NCBI RefSeq assembly: GCF_000400465.1
Contig: NW_008806275.1
Coordinates: forward strand, 145,280-177,279
Source of the DNA: Wallemia ichthyophaga EXF-994
Taxonomy: Eukaryota; Fungi; Basidiomycota
DNA length: 32,000 bases
Direction: 5' to 3'
How positions within the stretch are numbered: position 1 is the first letter of the stretch; each line of letters starts with the position of its first letter. Below, in pieces: positions 11,562 through 23,000 of the stretch. Under the pieces are notes generated by a model that saw only the letters and a list, made by a program, of their open reading frames with translations, was not told where the DNA came from and searched no databases. The translations under genes and the position numbers were made by a program.

Positions 11562-12112
11562 CTCCCGTAGAGGCAGCCTCAACAAAGATCACCGCTAAAG
11601 ATCAAAATAGATTGGATAGAGAACATGAAGAACGTCAGAAGCACAATAAGCGTAAAGTTAAGAATCAGCGTCAGTCACTTAAGAAGCAGTTGAAGGAAAC
11701 GCAGCCAGAGCCATCTACAAGTCAGCAGAGTGATAGTGACAGTGACAGCGACAACGATGACAACCAACTCCCTGATAGACTTCCAATAGATATATTCGAG
11801 CAGGCTGCTCAATATGTTCCAAGGTCTATGTCCAAATCAACCCAACAGTCACAGCCACAGCACAAGAAACAAAAGAAATCACGTAAAGAGCAAATCATCG
11901 GTAACAAACTCATCAAAGTATCTCAATCGTCTGTCTCAACTAACAGAGCAGATGGCCTACTCGGTGATGGTACAGGCAACTACGTTAACAAATTCAACAA
12001 GAACATCCTCAATAGAAAGCGCAAAAATGTTAGGAAACCTGCTCATATCACTCACGCTCAATTTATCGGTGGCCACAAACCTGCTGCAAATTTTGCATCA
12101 AAACATAATTAA
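11411..12112 (+). CDS. Acidic/basic low-complexity 233-aa protein, possibly a U3 snoRNP-associated Utp16/Bud21-like nucleolar protein
   Basis: ATG-to-stop ORF with poly-Asp followed by APVEA, a K/R-rich helix, LPDRLPIDIF and a basic C-terminus. This layout recalls Utp16/Bud21, but the family call is weak. Confidence 0.6.
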
Positions 12113-12141
12113 TCTTCATCTATGTACAATCATTGACTATC

Positions 12142-13907
12142 TCATTCAAAACAACTTGGCAGCCTTATTTTTAATTTGGCTCTATTCCTATCAAATCTTT
12201 CTAATAGCTGAGCTGTTGTTTCAGTTGATGGTAGCGGTGATGATGATGGTTCCTGACTGCTAAGAGGTGTCAATGTGCTAATGAGTGTGAGTGGGGGATT
12301 AGTTTGTTGTAAATATTCTTTGTTGGGTGTTACTGATCCACGTCTCACGTTGCTACTTTTTTTTGCCTTATCTGATGCATCTGAATCGCTGTTAGGAAAT
12401 TTACTTATCCGTGGCTTCTTAGATTTGCTATAATCACCTTTTTCGAATCCACTTTTACGTTGTTTGTCTGATACATCTGATTCACGTCTGGCAATACTAC
12501 TTTGACGTGAATAATATGAGGCTTCTGAGTCACTTGGAGGTATCCTATTTATACGCGGCTTTTCAGACCGTCTACCAAAAGCGTCACTACTTTTGCGTGG
12601 TTTGTCTGATTCATCTGATTTAAGTTTCGCTTTGTTACTTCTTGATATATCTGGTACATCTGAGTCACTGTCTGACAAGCTAATTTGACGGTGCGATTTA
12701 AATGCTTTAGATTTAGGCTTTGCACTACTTCTTAGTGGGTTTTCTGAGACATCCGAGTCTGGCCTAGAGATGCTACTTCTACGGGTTTTTTCTGATACGT
12801 CTGAGTAAAGTGGAGAGATGCTACTTCTAAGCTGCTTATCTGATGCAACTGAGTCACGCCTAGAAAGTGATTCACTCATATTACTTATGTGTGCTTTATC
12901 TGAGGCGACTGAACCATGTCTAGCAATTGCGTTAGTTTTAAGTACTTTTTCAGATGGATCAGAATCACGTCTACCAACTAAGCCACTGTTCGTAATCTTG
13001 TTTGACTTATTAGATATGTTTGAGTCACGTCTGGTAACTAAATTAGTCCTTCTACGCCGTCTATCTGAGTCAGGTCTAAAAATTACATTACTCTGTTTGG
13101 GTGCTTTATCAGATGAAACGATTTCGTTGATTTCGTTTTTAAATGTTGCGCTACCACCAGTTTTGCCACCACCCCTGCCACCCCTAAAACTACTTTTACG
13201 GGGGCTCTTCACGCCGGTTTTCCTTTTTTTTACAGCAGCAGTATTACGCGCTTGTTTACTTGCTGGTTTGTAATCTTGGTCAATATCCTCCAGCACCAGA
13301 TTAGCTCTAAAAGCCTTCTGATAAAAAGGGTCATTGACGTTGAAGTTATCCTTCCTTCCATAGACTTCTTTGTCAATATTGTAACCCTTTCCGGATTCTT
13401 TCGATAGTCTACTGCGCTTGTTTGAGCTTGTTTGGATAGCCGTTGGTCGATTAGGTGGCGGCGTTGGTGATACCCGGGTTTTAGGTCTTGTTTGTGTGTG
13501 CCTGATAGGGCTAGTGTTGAGATTGCTAGTTTTGATGGTTGGGGAAGCAACCGAAGCTGATCTTCTCTTGTCTAGGAGCCGTTTCAAACCCTCCACTTTG
13601 TTAGTATCGAGGCTGCTGTTATCACTGCTGCTGCTGCTATCACTGTTGCTATCACTGTTGCTGTTGATGTTGCTGTCGCTGTTATCGCCGTCACTAAGCC
13701 TGATATTGCCGTCACCTTGCTTAACCTGCTCATTCTGCTCAACTCTTAATCCGGTGGGTGAATGAGTGTAAGATTTCTGCGGATCGTTGCTCAATGGCGC
13801 TGGAGCATTCTTATCCTGAAAGAACTCATCTAAAGACCAACTCAGTCACAAGTAAAGCACTTAACCCTACTACACGCACCACCACCAATTCCAAGAAATC
13901 TCTCCAT
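12142..13907 (-). CDS. Uncharacterised 571-aa Ser/Arg/Lys/Asp-rich, probably disordered protein with RRxS repeat units
   Basis: The track ORF starts at a TTG. A 28-nt first exon 13907-13880 (MERFLGIGG) and intron 13879-13830 (gtgcgt..ttag, 50 nt) supply an in-frame ATG. Exon 2 runs 13829-12142. Confidence 0.75.
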
Positions 13908-14069
13908 GTTGAATATCCCGCCTTTGCTTTTTATTGGCGACACTCGCCCTGCGTGCTTTTCAAATGGATTCATTCGGGTTCGTAGATAGTGATCGCACTC
14001 ATTAAACCAGCAATAAGCGTAAATAGCGTATTATTAAAATGTACATATCATCTTCTATAGCACTCCTTC

Positions 14070-17000
14070 CTACTTCCTCCGACTTGCTTGCCCCGCTTTC
14101 GGCGTCGTGATACGCGGTGCCGCTAGATTCCTTCTCCCCACACCCAGCCGAGCAGCGCTCTCTGTCGGCTTGGCTGATGTGCACGTCACCACCGATTGTG
14201 ATGGATTGAAACCCGAGTTCATATTCGCTGTACCTACTAAACTCTTTTCATGCGACGCTGTGAGATATGCGTGACTGCCGTGCATTTTTGGCGACTGCGA
14301 CTGCGACTGCGACGGCGGCGGTGGTGGTGGCGGTGGGTGTAATCCAATCTGCCCAATCTGCCCACTCTGTGCACATGTCGGCGACGAAGGCGCGGATGTC
14401 CCAATAGACGACGAGCTGGTCGCGTACGACGAGCGCGTCAGACTTGGTTCCCGTCTCTGGATCACCCCATTGAGGGAAGTGGAAGAGGTAGATCGCGTTG
14501 AAGCATCCACTTCACGTCCACCAACCTCGCTATCTTGACACCTCGCTTGTGTCGTCGCATTGTCGTCTTCCATCTCCTCCTCTGTCTCCTCACCGCCGCT
14601 GCTTGACGGGAAGGCGGTGTCGTAGCAATCGTCGCATGCCCGCGATGGCTGATGCTCGCCTGCTTCATTCACGATGAGGAAATTCTGCGGCGACTCGTAA
14701 GCGCCAATGTCTAGGCTAAACACTCCTCCCACTCACCCTCGTTGAACACTCATGGCACACTACATGTCCACACATCCTGCAATGGTGCTTCCGTCTCATC
14801 CAGTTAAACGGCTCCGAGCAGCTCATGCACACAACTGCCTTGCTGTCGGGCACCCACACCGGCGCTGCGTAATGCTCGAGTACCCTCAGCTTGGTCTCTG
14901 AGGGATTCGAGTGTGAGTGTGAGTTGGCATAAGACTGAGAGGGCGTGAGTATTGACCCATCTGCCCGCTCTTCCTTCTCTCCTTCTCCTTGTCCTTCTTT
15001 TTCTTTAGCCTGCTTTTTCCAGCGCAGCCCATTCACTATCGCTGTAGCGGCTGCAGCTGCTGAAATATCGCCCGTCAAAGCGCTGCGTGTCCTCTCTCGT
15101 GGCCGCGCTTTTGACTGCGATGTAGGCACTTCTGCATATGCATGCACTGATCTCCTGCGCTGCCTGTGCGATCCATTCTCATCAGCCAGTTTGCTAGTCG
15201 GCGTACTGTGTCCTGAAAACGGCGTGGAGAACGACAGCGCAGGCGAGTTCAATGTCCTTTTAACTGTCGTGTTGGTCGAATTTCCTTTGCGCCTGATGTA
15301 CGTGTCCGGGTCTAATGGGAACTGGTTGTCGTCTATCTTGAGCGTACGGAAAGCTGACAAGTACTCATCTTTTGTTGACCTAATCGCATTCAGCCACGCG
15401 TTCCGCTCTTCTTCTGATTCCGCGTAGATACTGAACGACTTTTCTGAAGATATTACTTGTATCGTCCTCCCGTGCAGCTGCGGATAGTCATTGTCAATAG
15501 CAACGACTGTCACATCTTCTAGATCAAGCTTCCTGTTGAAAGTGAAACACTGCCCCTTGAGAGTGCCAATATCAATTGGTCCTACTAGACGTGGTGGCGT
15601 TGAGACAGATGGGACACCATCCTCCTCATTCGTCACAGACGCTGATAAAGAGTGTGGTTGGGTTATCATATTCACTGGCAATGATGCTGAGTGCTTGTGT
15701 CCTCTTCGACCTGCACTTTTTACTTGCGGTCTTTCTGCAGTAGCGGGAGAAGCAGGAAATGCTAACGATGACAACCTGTGCGAAGAGTTGTGCTTGCTGC
15801 TTGAGCGCAGTGGTGGCGCACTCCCGAATGGTGAGTTTTTGAACTCCGTAATAGATGGCGTGCTCGGTGGACTTGTCGGATTGACAACATTCATAACCGA
15901 ACCTACGCTTGAACAAGTAGGCGAAGCATAAATGAGGCAATCGTTGAGCAGAAAGAATGCCTTCACTTCCTCCTTCTTCCTTCCAATTTTGACCAGCCAG
16001 CCTGATTTGATGTGTGTGCGACCGGGTGCTACAATTGGGAAGGGCACACCGAATATACTTTTTTGTAATGTGAGCAATGACATAGTGTGTTGGTATTGAG
16101 CAATATGAGTTTCGAAGGTATTTGCAACTGCGAGTATATTAGAAGTGCCTTTAACATAAACATCCACCCACCATCTGAGACCAGCCTCAATGCGCGCTGC
16201 AAGTTGACAAACTCCTCTTTCGCTTCGTCGGTATATTTGAGAATCTGAGAAATTAACAACTTGTACCTAGGTACACGTTGTACAATAGCGAGTAACTTCG
16301 AATTGAGACCCAGTCGTGTCCATTCGAAGCCGCCTTGGCCTGTATCGACTATGGTATATTGTGCATTCCGTATAAATGAACCAAATTCAGGTTTTGCTCG
16401 CTGCAATTTGTTCAACTGCTGCTGACTATTTTCAAAGTTGCGAATGAAAGGTGTGTATAGCTTAAGGAAAGGAACGAGATTGAGAAGACTCGGTGCGAGT
16501 TGGATACTGGCACGTGTTTTAAGGTAGCTATCTCTATGACTGTTGTTATCGGTGCTCGACCAAGACGGGGAAGCTGGATGTATGGCTTCAGCGACTGTGG
16601 TCGACGCGTTCAAAGAGTTGAACGTGGTAACTGTCGTTGCGTTGGTAACGGTTGTAGTCTGAGCAGGTATAGGTGGTAATCCGGGTAATACTGCGCATTC
16701 TAAGCTGCGCAAGAGTTCTTTGTTGGTGTTGAGAATGTGTTGAAAGTGGGGAAAAAGTTGAGACAAAAGCAAATCATCCCCCGATTGCTTCAGGGGCTGA
16801 ATGAAAAAGTTCCAAATGAGATCCAAATCCTTGACGTAAGACCTCTCAGTCTCTAAAAGCTCAAGAATAGCACGCCACCTTTTTTCGACACGTTCTTTCT
16901 TGTATGAGGTATATTTGCTCTGTTCTGAGTGCCTCCTATGATGCTTGTGGGGTTGTGGGTGTTGTAAAGACTGGGAGGGAAACGAGTACTGCTGTGGCTT

Positions 17001-17180
17001 GAAGTTAGCTTGCTCGCCTTCAGGCAGACTCTCAAAAGAACGCGTCGAGCACGACGAAGTCCTGTTCTTAGACTTGTACTGAGAGGGTATATAGATTCTC
17101 GAGTACACGTTCGACGGTGGCAATGGACGCGACGAGCTCGAAGGGCTTGACGGCTTGGTGTCTTCCCAGCGGCGGTCCAT
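14070..17180 (-). CDS. FGD/frabin-like RhoGEF (DH-PH-FYVE), 1,004 aa, 3 exons
   Basis: DH motifs ELLETERSYVKDL, FLKLYTPF and VQRVPRYKLL. PH motifs KSGWLVK…FLLNDCLIY and AESEEERNAWLNAI. FYVE motifs WVPD…CMSC…RRKHHCRMCGHVVCHEC…RACDDCY. Introns 16171-16128 and 14736-14685 join three track ORFs in frame. Confidence 0.92.
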
Positions 17181-17496
17181 AGATTTTTGCAAATTGATAT
17201 CTCGTGGTGATGATCCAAAGCTAGGGTTAGAAGATCTCAGCTAGATTCGACTCAGTTTTTTTTTAGTTTTATTTGGTGTGTCCAAAAAGGGAAGGAGGAT
17301 AATCAACGCGCGTGGCTACAGCTGAGCAGGTGTATTGTACTCCTCTAGTGCCCATCCCCCAGAAAATTTGATCGTCTTGTTGATTGATAATCTACAAAAC
17401 AACATCGGTATGAAGATAATCATCTTCATGATGAAACCCATTCGATGTCCGCCGAATTAGGTTTAATCGCTCAAACTTGATTTTGCGTGTCTCTGA

Positions 17497-18284
17497 ATGA
17501 CGAATAAGAAGAAAACAAAGGAAGGCAAGGATTGTGAGCCTGTGCAGTACCAGACTACGTTGAAGCGTGGACAGGCGTGTCTCTCGTGAGTGTCAACGCC
17601 ACTCGCCCCACATTCATCCCACTTACCCCGACCTTAGCTGCCGGTGAGCTATTTTAGCGTGCCGCATGATCCTCACTTACACAATCACAGCCGCCTCAAG
17701 CTGAGGTGCTCTGCCGATAAGCCTACGTGTGAGTTTCCTAAGTGGGGGATTGCGTAAGCTGACAAGGGGTGACTATAGGCGACCACTGCTACAGAACGGC
17801 TAGAGAATGCAAATACGATAGCAAAGAAGCGAGAGAAATAATCAAAATTATTAAATCTCAGCAAAATGGCTGTGAGTCAAGTCTCTGGCGAAATCGACAT
17901 ACTAAGAGCTACATAGCGAACGAGGCAAAGATTTCACGAAACAAGGACCCTCCACAAAACAGAAACCCTCCAGTACACAATATATTCCCTCACATTGCTA
18001 ATAACAATCATATATATCCCATGATGTATGCGACGCATCCGTCAAGCTCATCGAGCTACTCAGAGTGTGGCCAGCAATACTTCACGCATGCTACACCTTC
18101 GGTTGCGCAAATGGACGATCCATACGTCGTAAAGCGCGAAGAGGCCACGCTCTACGACACCAATCTTGCCTATCTCCATCAGCCGCAAAATTCTTCGCTT
18201 AGTGGAAGCTGGCTCGTCCACGATGTATTGGCTAGTCCTGCTTATGACGAGCACTACAATAATGTCTACTACAACACCCCCTAA
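17497..18284 (+). CDS. Zn(II)2Cys6 (GAL4-type) transcription factor, 212 aa, 4 exons including a 6-nt microexon
   Basis: Exons 17497-17585, 17638-17643, 17691-17728 and 17779-18284. Spliced, they give KRGQA-C-LS-C-RRLKLR-C-SADKPT-C-DH-C-YRTARE-C-KYD, a complete CX2CX6CX6CX2CX6C motif. Confidence 0.9.
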
Positions 18285-19024
18285 TATAAGAGTTTCCTGT
18301 GGGTCTTCTAACTAATACATTTGTGCATTTAATTAAATTAAAATGGCATTAAAGGAGTAAATAAAGTATACGTAGCAGCATATTGCAGTCATCATGCGTT
18401 CTGTTGGCAATTTCCGGCATAACCATAAAAAGTTGTGCCGATCTCGGAACCACTGAGTCAGATATGTGTGCAAATTTATTCTGGGGATGTGCGATTAGCG
18501 GGCGTAAAATGTTTGTAGGGTTAACGAATACTTGTACGAGTACATGAGTTGCAGCAGCACTTTTGTGCGGTGTTCGATTGAAGCCCTAAATATCCACCGT
18601 AAGTGACTGTAAGTGGAGTGTAATTGGAATGTAATTAGGATAAATGCCTTATCAAAAGGTATTTAGCTGCAAGAGAGTATCGGTAGGCTTTCTAAATGCA
18701 TTATTGTATGTGGCAGGTACAATATATAGTTGGTATCAAAGGCAGTCACCAGCCGCGTATAACATCCACCAAGCTATACGCAAGGCTTTCATTTGCACAG
18801 AGCAAAGAAGACGGAACGCCACCCGAGATAAATACCTGCGTGCTGGCCGGGAATGACACGGAAAAGGAGGATGCGGGAAGCGCGAGTGGCTGCAGCAGCC
18901 TAACAGCGACCCACGATCACGGTCAAAATTGATTTTATATTCGCGGAATGGAGAGATCATGCCACTTCTGGAGAAGGCGACTGCTAGCGACGAAAGTTGA
19001 AGGCTTCTCAACACGACGACCACG

Positions 19025-19999
19025 ATGGAGGCACTGCAATCTATCTCAAGCGGATTCAACGCGTTCAACGCAAGCTCGCTCATCCCTCAAGCAGAGGTGC
19101 AAGGCGAGGACTTGTACACCGGGTACGACCTGAGTCAGCACAACTTGCTGGAGAGAGCGTGGGCTAGCTGGTATATTTGGTGGGGAAATCCGGTAATAGC
19201 CACGGGCGTAATGAGTTTCCTGATGCACGAGGTGTGTATGCCGTTAGCGCGTCTTCTATGCTAAGTTGTACAGGTAATTTACTTTGGACGATCTATTCCG
19301 TGGATTATAATCGACCACATTCCTTACTTCAGGAAGTGGAAGCTGCAACCACACAAGGTGCCCTCAGACTGGGACCAGTGGCGTTGCACGTACTTGGTGC
19401 TTTTGCAGCACTTCACAATAGAGTTGCCACAGATCTGGGGATTCCACCCGCTGGCTGAGTTTTTCGGTATGCAGACGTACCAGCTGCCCTTCCCATCCCT
19501 CTGGACAATGGCTAAACAGATAGCAATCTTCTTTGTGTTTGAAGATACCTGGCACTTTGTCTTCCACAGGGCGCTGCACTGGGGTCCTCTGTACAAGCGT
19601 ATCCACAAGCAGCACCACGAATTCAGTGCGCCGTTTGGACTCGCGGCCGAATACGCGCATCCCGTTGAAGTTGGATTGACCGGTTTCGGCACAGTCGGAG
19701 CACCAATCCTCTACGCGGCATTTATAGGCGAAATACATATAGTGGCGGTGTACGTGTGGATCGCTTGTCGCTTATTCCAGGCGATAGACTCCCACTCGGG
19801 CTACCACTTCCCTTGGTCCCTGTGCAACTTCCTGCCAATCTGGGCCGGCGCTGAACACCACGACTACCACCACGAGAAGTTCACTGAGTGCTACGCTTCG
19901 AGCTTCAGGCATTGGGATTGGCTCTTTGGGACGGATAAGAAGTACCACGCATACAGAGCAAAGCAGGCAGCAGCGAAACGTGATAAGAAAGCACAGTAA
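19025..19999 (+). CDS. ERG25: C-4 methylsterol oxidase, 310 aa, 2 exons
   Basis: Three His boxes: HRALH, HKQHH and HHDYHH. Also HHEFSAPFGLAAEYAHP, SFLMHE|VIYFGRSIPW and QAIDSHSGY. Intron 19232-19273 (42 nt). Confidence 0.95.
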
Positions 20000-20095
20000 A
20001 ACGATTAAATTTCTTGTATAGAATATAATTACTATAAACATCTAGCATCTAATTTCCCCTGTGTCTCTCGCAGCGTGTCTTGCTCACCGACGATC

Positions 20096-23000
20096 ATGAG
20101 TCTGGCTGCGAACAGAACAAGGCGGAAGACAGCGGCCACGGAATTGCCGACGGAACGAAATGGAGATATCGGCGCTACCCGTGGGTTCCTGGGTTTCCCG
20201 CCGCACCGCGAAACATGCTAATCACATAACAGCAACAAGCACAAAGAAGCCAAAGGACAAACAGCGACGAGCGAAAGCTAAGAGAATCTCTATGCACGAC
20301 GTAGATTTATCTGGGTTCGCTTCATCGTCTCCTGCGCCGACTCAGCTGAGAAAGTCGATTGTCGAGCAGCGTGTGCCGATTTCCACGCTGGCGCAACGGG
20401 CAAAGATACTCAAAACACTGTCACAGGATGTTTTGAGCCAGGTACTCGATCCAATCACTGGGACAAACGACATCTCCGTTCTCAAGACATGGCATACGTA
20501 TCAAACGTTTAAACACAACACTTTTACCGAAAATAACTTTATTTCTGTTTCTCAAGTTCTCAGCGGACAAAGGCCCAGCTCAGATACTGCGCGTGCAATC
20601 ACTCAAGGCGTTAGAATGTCCAATATTACTACTTTTGCTGCAATTGTCCAGCAACAGCAAACAACTATCGAAACTGGTGGCGCAATTTCTCCCGCTGTTG
20701 ATCTCAAAGAGGCTTGGGCGGCGTTCCTTGGCCACGTTGTCCCCACTGACTCCAAGCTGCGTAAGATACACATGGACTATCAGATAGATCTAGCAACCCA
20801 AGTCTACAACATCAACCAGCTCAAGGTGCAACACATGCAAAGAATCAGACCTGTAAGCGCTATGGTACAAACAGAGGCCGTCAAAGAGGCTGTTCACGAG
20901 CTCTTTAACTGGAAAGGCACTGTCTGGAATAACAGGGTGGATGCCTCAAGATTATCAACTCAGCTGCAAGCACATTTCGAGAAACTGGCGAAGGAGCGCA
21001 TGATGGTCTTGCGTATCCCTGTAGACAGACTTGATCACGAGTTCCCGTATGAGAAGTTCAAGGGGAGTGTGATGAACTTTGCTCAGCAAGTTTGGGACGA
21101 TATATACAACGATGCAAATCACACTACAGACAGAACAATTTTCGAAGACGATAGATCGACTGGTCTGGGAAGGTCATCTCAGCAGAATCTAAGCCAGGTG
21201 CAGCAAAAAACTCCAAAGCAAAGCCAGATGCAAACTCCGAGAAGGAAAACTACTCTACAGAAAACTCCACAGACTGGGACTAGGAAGAGTCCTCGACAGA
21301 TTACACAGCAACTTGAGCAATCTCCTCAGCAGATTCAACAGCAAAGGCAGTTTAGTCCACAGCAATTTCAACAAACCCTTCAACAAACCTCTCTGTCAAA
21401 TCTACAAACTCCAGATACTCCTCCGATGCCGCAACTGTCTCCAACCCACGTCGATCGCAGCCTGCAACAAGAGATCGATCTCATCAATCTGGATGTGGAC
21501 AAGCACACCGATACCGTTAATGACAGCATCTTCGGTGAACATTTTGAGTGAGTTGGGTTATCTTAAGAAATATTAACTAACAAATACAGCCAAACCATAT
21601 CGAGCTTCTCCAACATTTTTGATGAACCACCTCAAGGCGAATCTACGCTCTATTTGCAAAGTACTCCGGACAGGCGTAGACAGCAAGGGTCTGTCCGTCT
21701 GGAAGATAGATCGCGATCGCCTATCAGTGGAAGAGACATCGATCTCGATCAGCTCCTCAACCATCAACACCACATCAGCAGCGACGCTTTTATCAATGCA
21801 TCCAATGTGTTTACACAATCAGAAGCAAGTGCAAATGCGAATGCAAATGTAAACACTTCGCAAGAAACCGCTCACCGTCATTTAAGGAGTGCTCGCGACA
21901 GCGTTGTGCGTAGTATGGCAGACCACATCCCACCATCATCGCAAGATCAGCAGGGAATGCGTTCTTCATTGCTTCCGCCATCTAACCAGAAAGAAAAGGA
22001 GAAGGAAATTGGACTGAGAGCATCGTTGCAGAATGAAAGCGCGACTGATTTTAATGGCGTGGCTCTTTCGTTTAGACGGCGGTCGCCAGTAGTTGAAGCG
22101 CGAGAGCAGGCTTCAGCAGATGTGCCAATGAACATTGACAATGATACTCCGACAGATGAATCCCTTAGATTGAGGGAGGGGGCTACTGAGAAACATGAAG
22201 AGACCAATAGACTTAGACAGGAAGCTGAATCTATTAGACTGAAAGAGGAAGAAGCTAACAGGCTGAGCCAAGAGGCTAAGGCTAAAGAGCAACAAGAAGC
22301 TGAAGCTAGAAAGCAGCAAGAAGATGAAGCTGTCAGACATAGACAAGAGACCGAGGCTAGAAGACTGCAAGAGGAAGATGATACCAGAAAGAAACTAAAC
22401 GAAGAGGAGGAAAACAGAAAGAGGCTTGAGGAGGAAAGTGATAAAAGAAGGCTGGATGAAGAGACCAATATTAGACTTGAGGACGAGCATAGAAGAAAAT
22501 TTGAGGCAGAGAATAGAGAGAGACAAGAGGATCAGACTAGAAAGAGGCAAAAAGAAGCTGAGCAGCAACATTTAACGAATGAGAGAGCTGAGGCTGCTGC
22601 TGAAAAAGAGAGACAAAGCCTAGCCTCCGACTCTGCACTCGAAGTGGAGCGTTTACATCGGGAAGAGCAGGCGCGAAACATGCTTTTAGCTCAAAAATCT
22701 CAATCAGACAGGATCCCCAGTGCTTCAACACCCTCAGAAGGGCCTGAAAGGTTATCTCAACAAATCTCTGAGCAACTACCTCAATCACCTCGACAAACAT
22801 CCGAGGAACTATATCAAGGAATATCTCAGCAGTTATATCAAACTATGTCTCACGATCCTCAGTCAGCGTGGATCTCAAATTATTCGGCTCCGCTGGAGGT
22901 AATTGAGGAGCCACAGCAACAATCTTCTCAGCATCCAACTCAGCAAACGTCTCAAGAGCCGGATGAGCAACTATACCAACAACTGGATCAACAACTTTCC

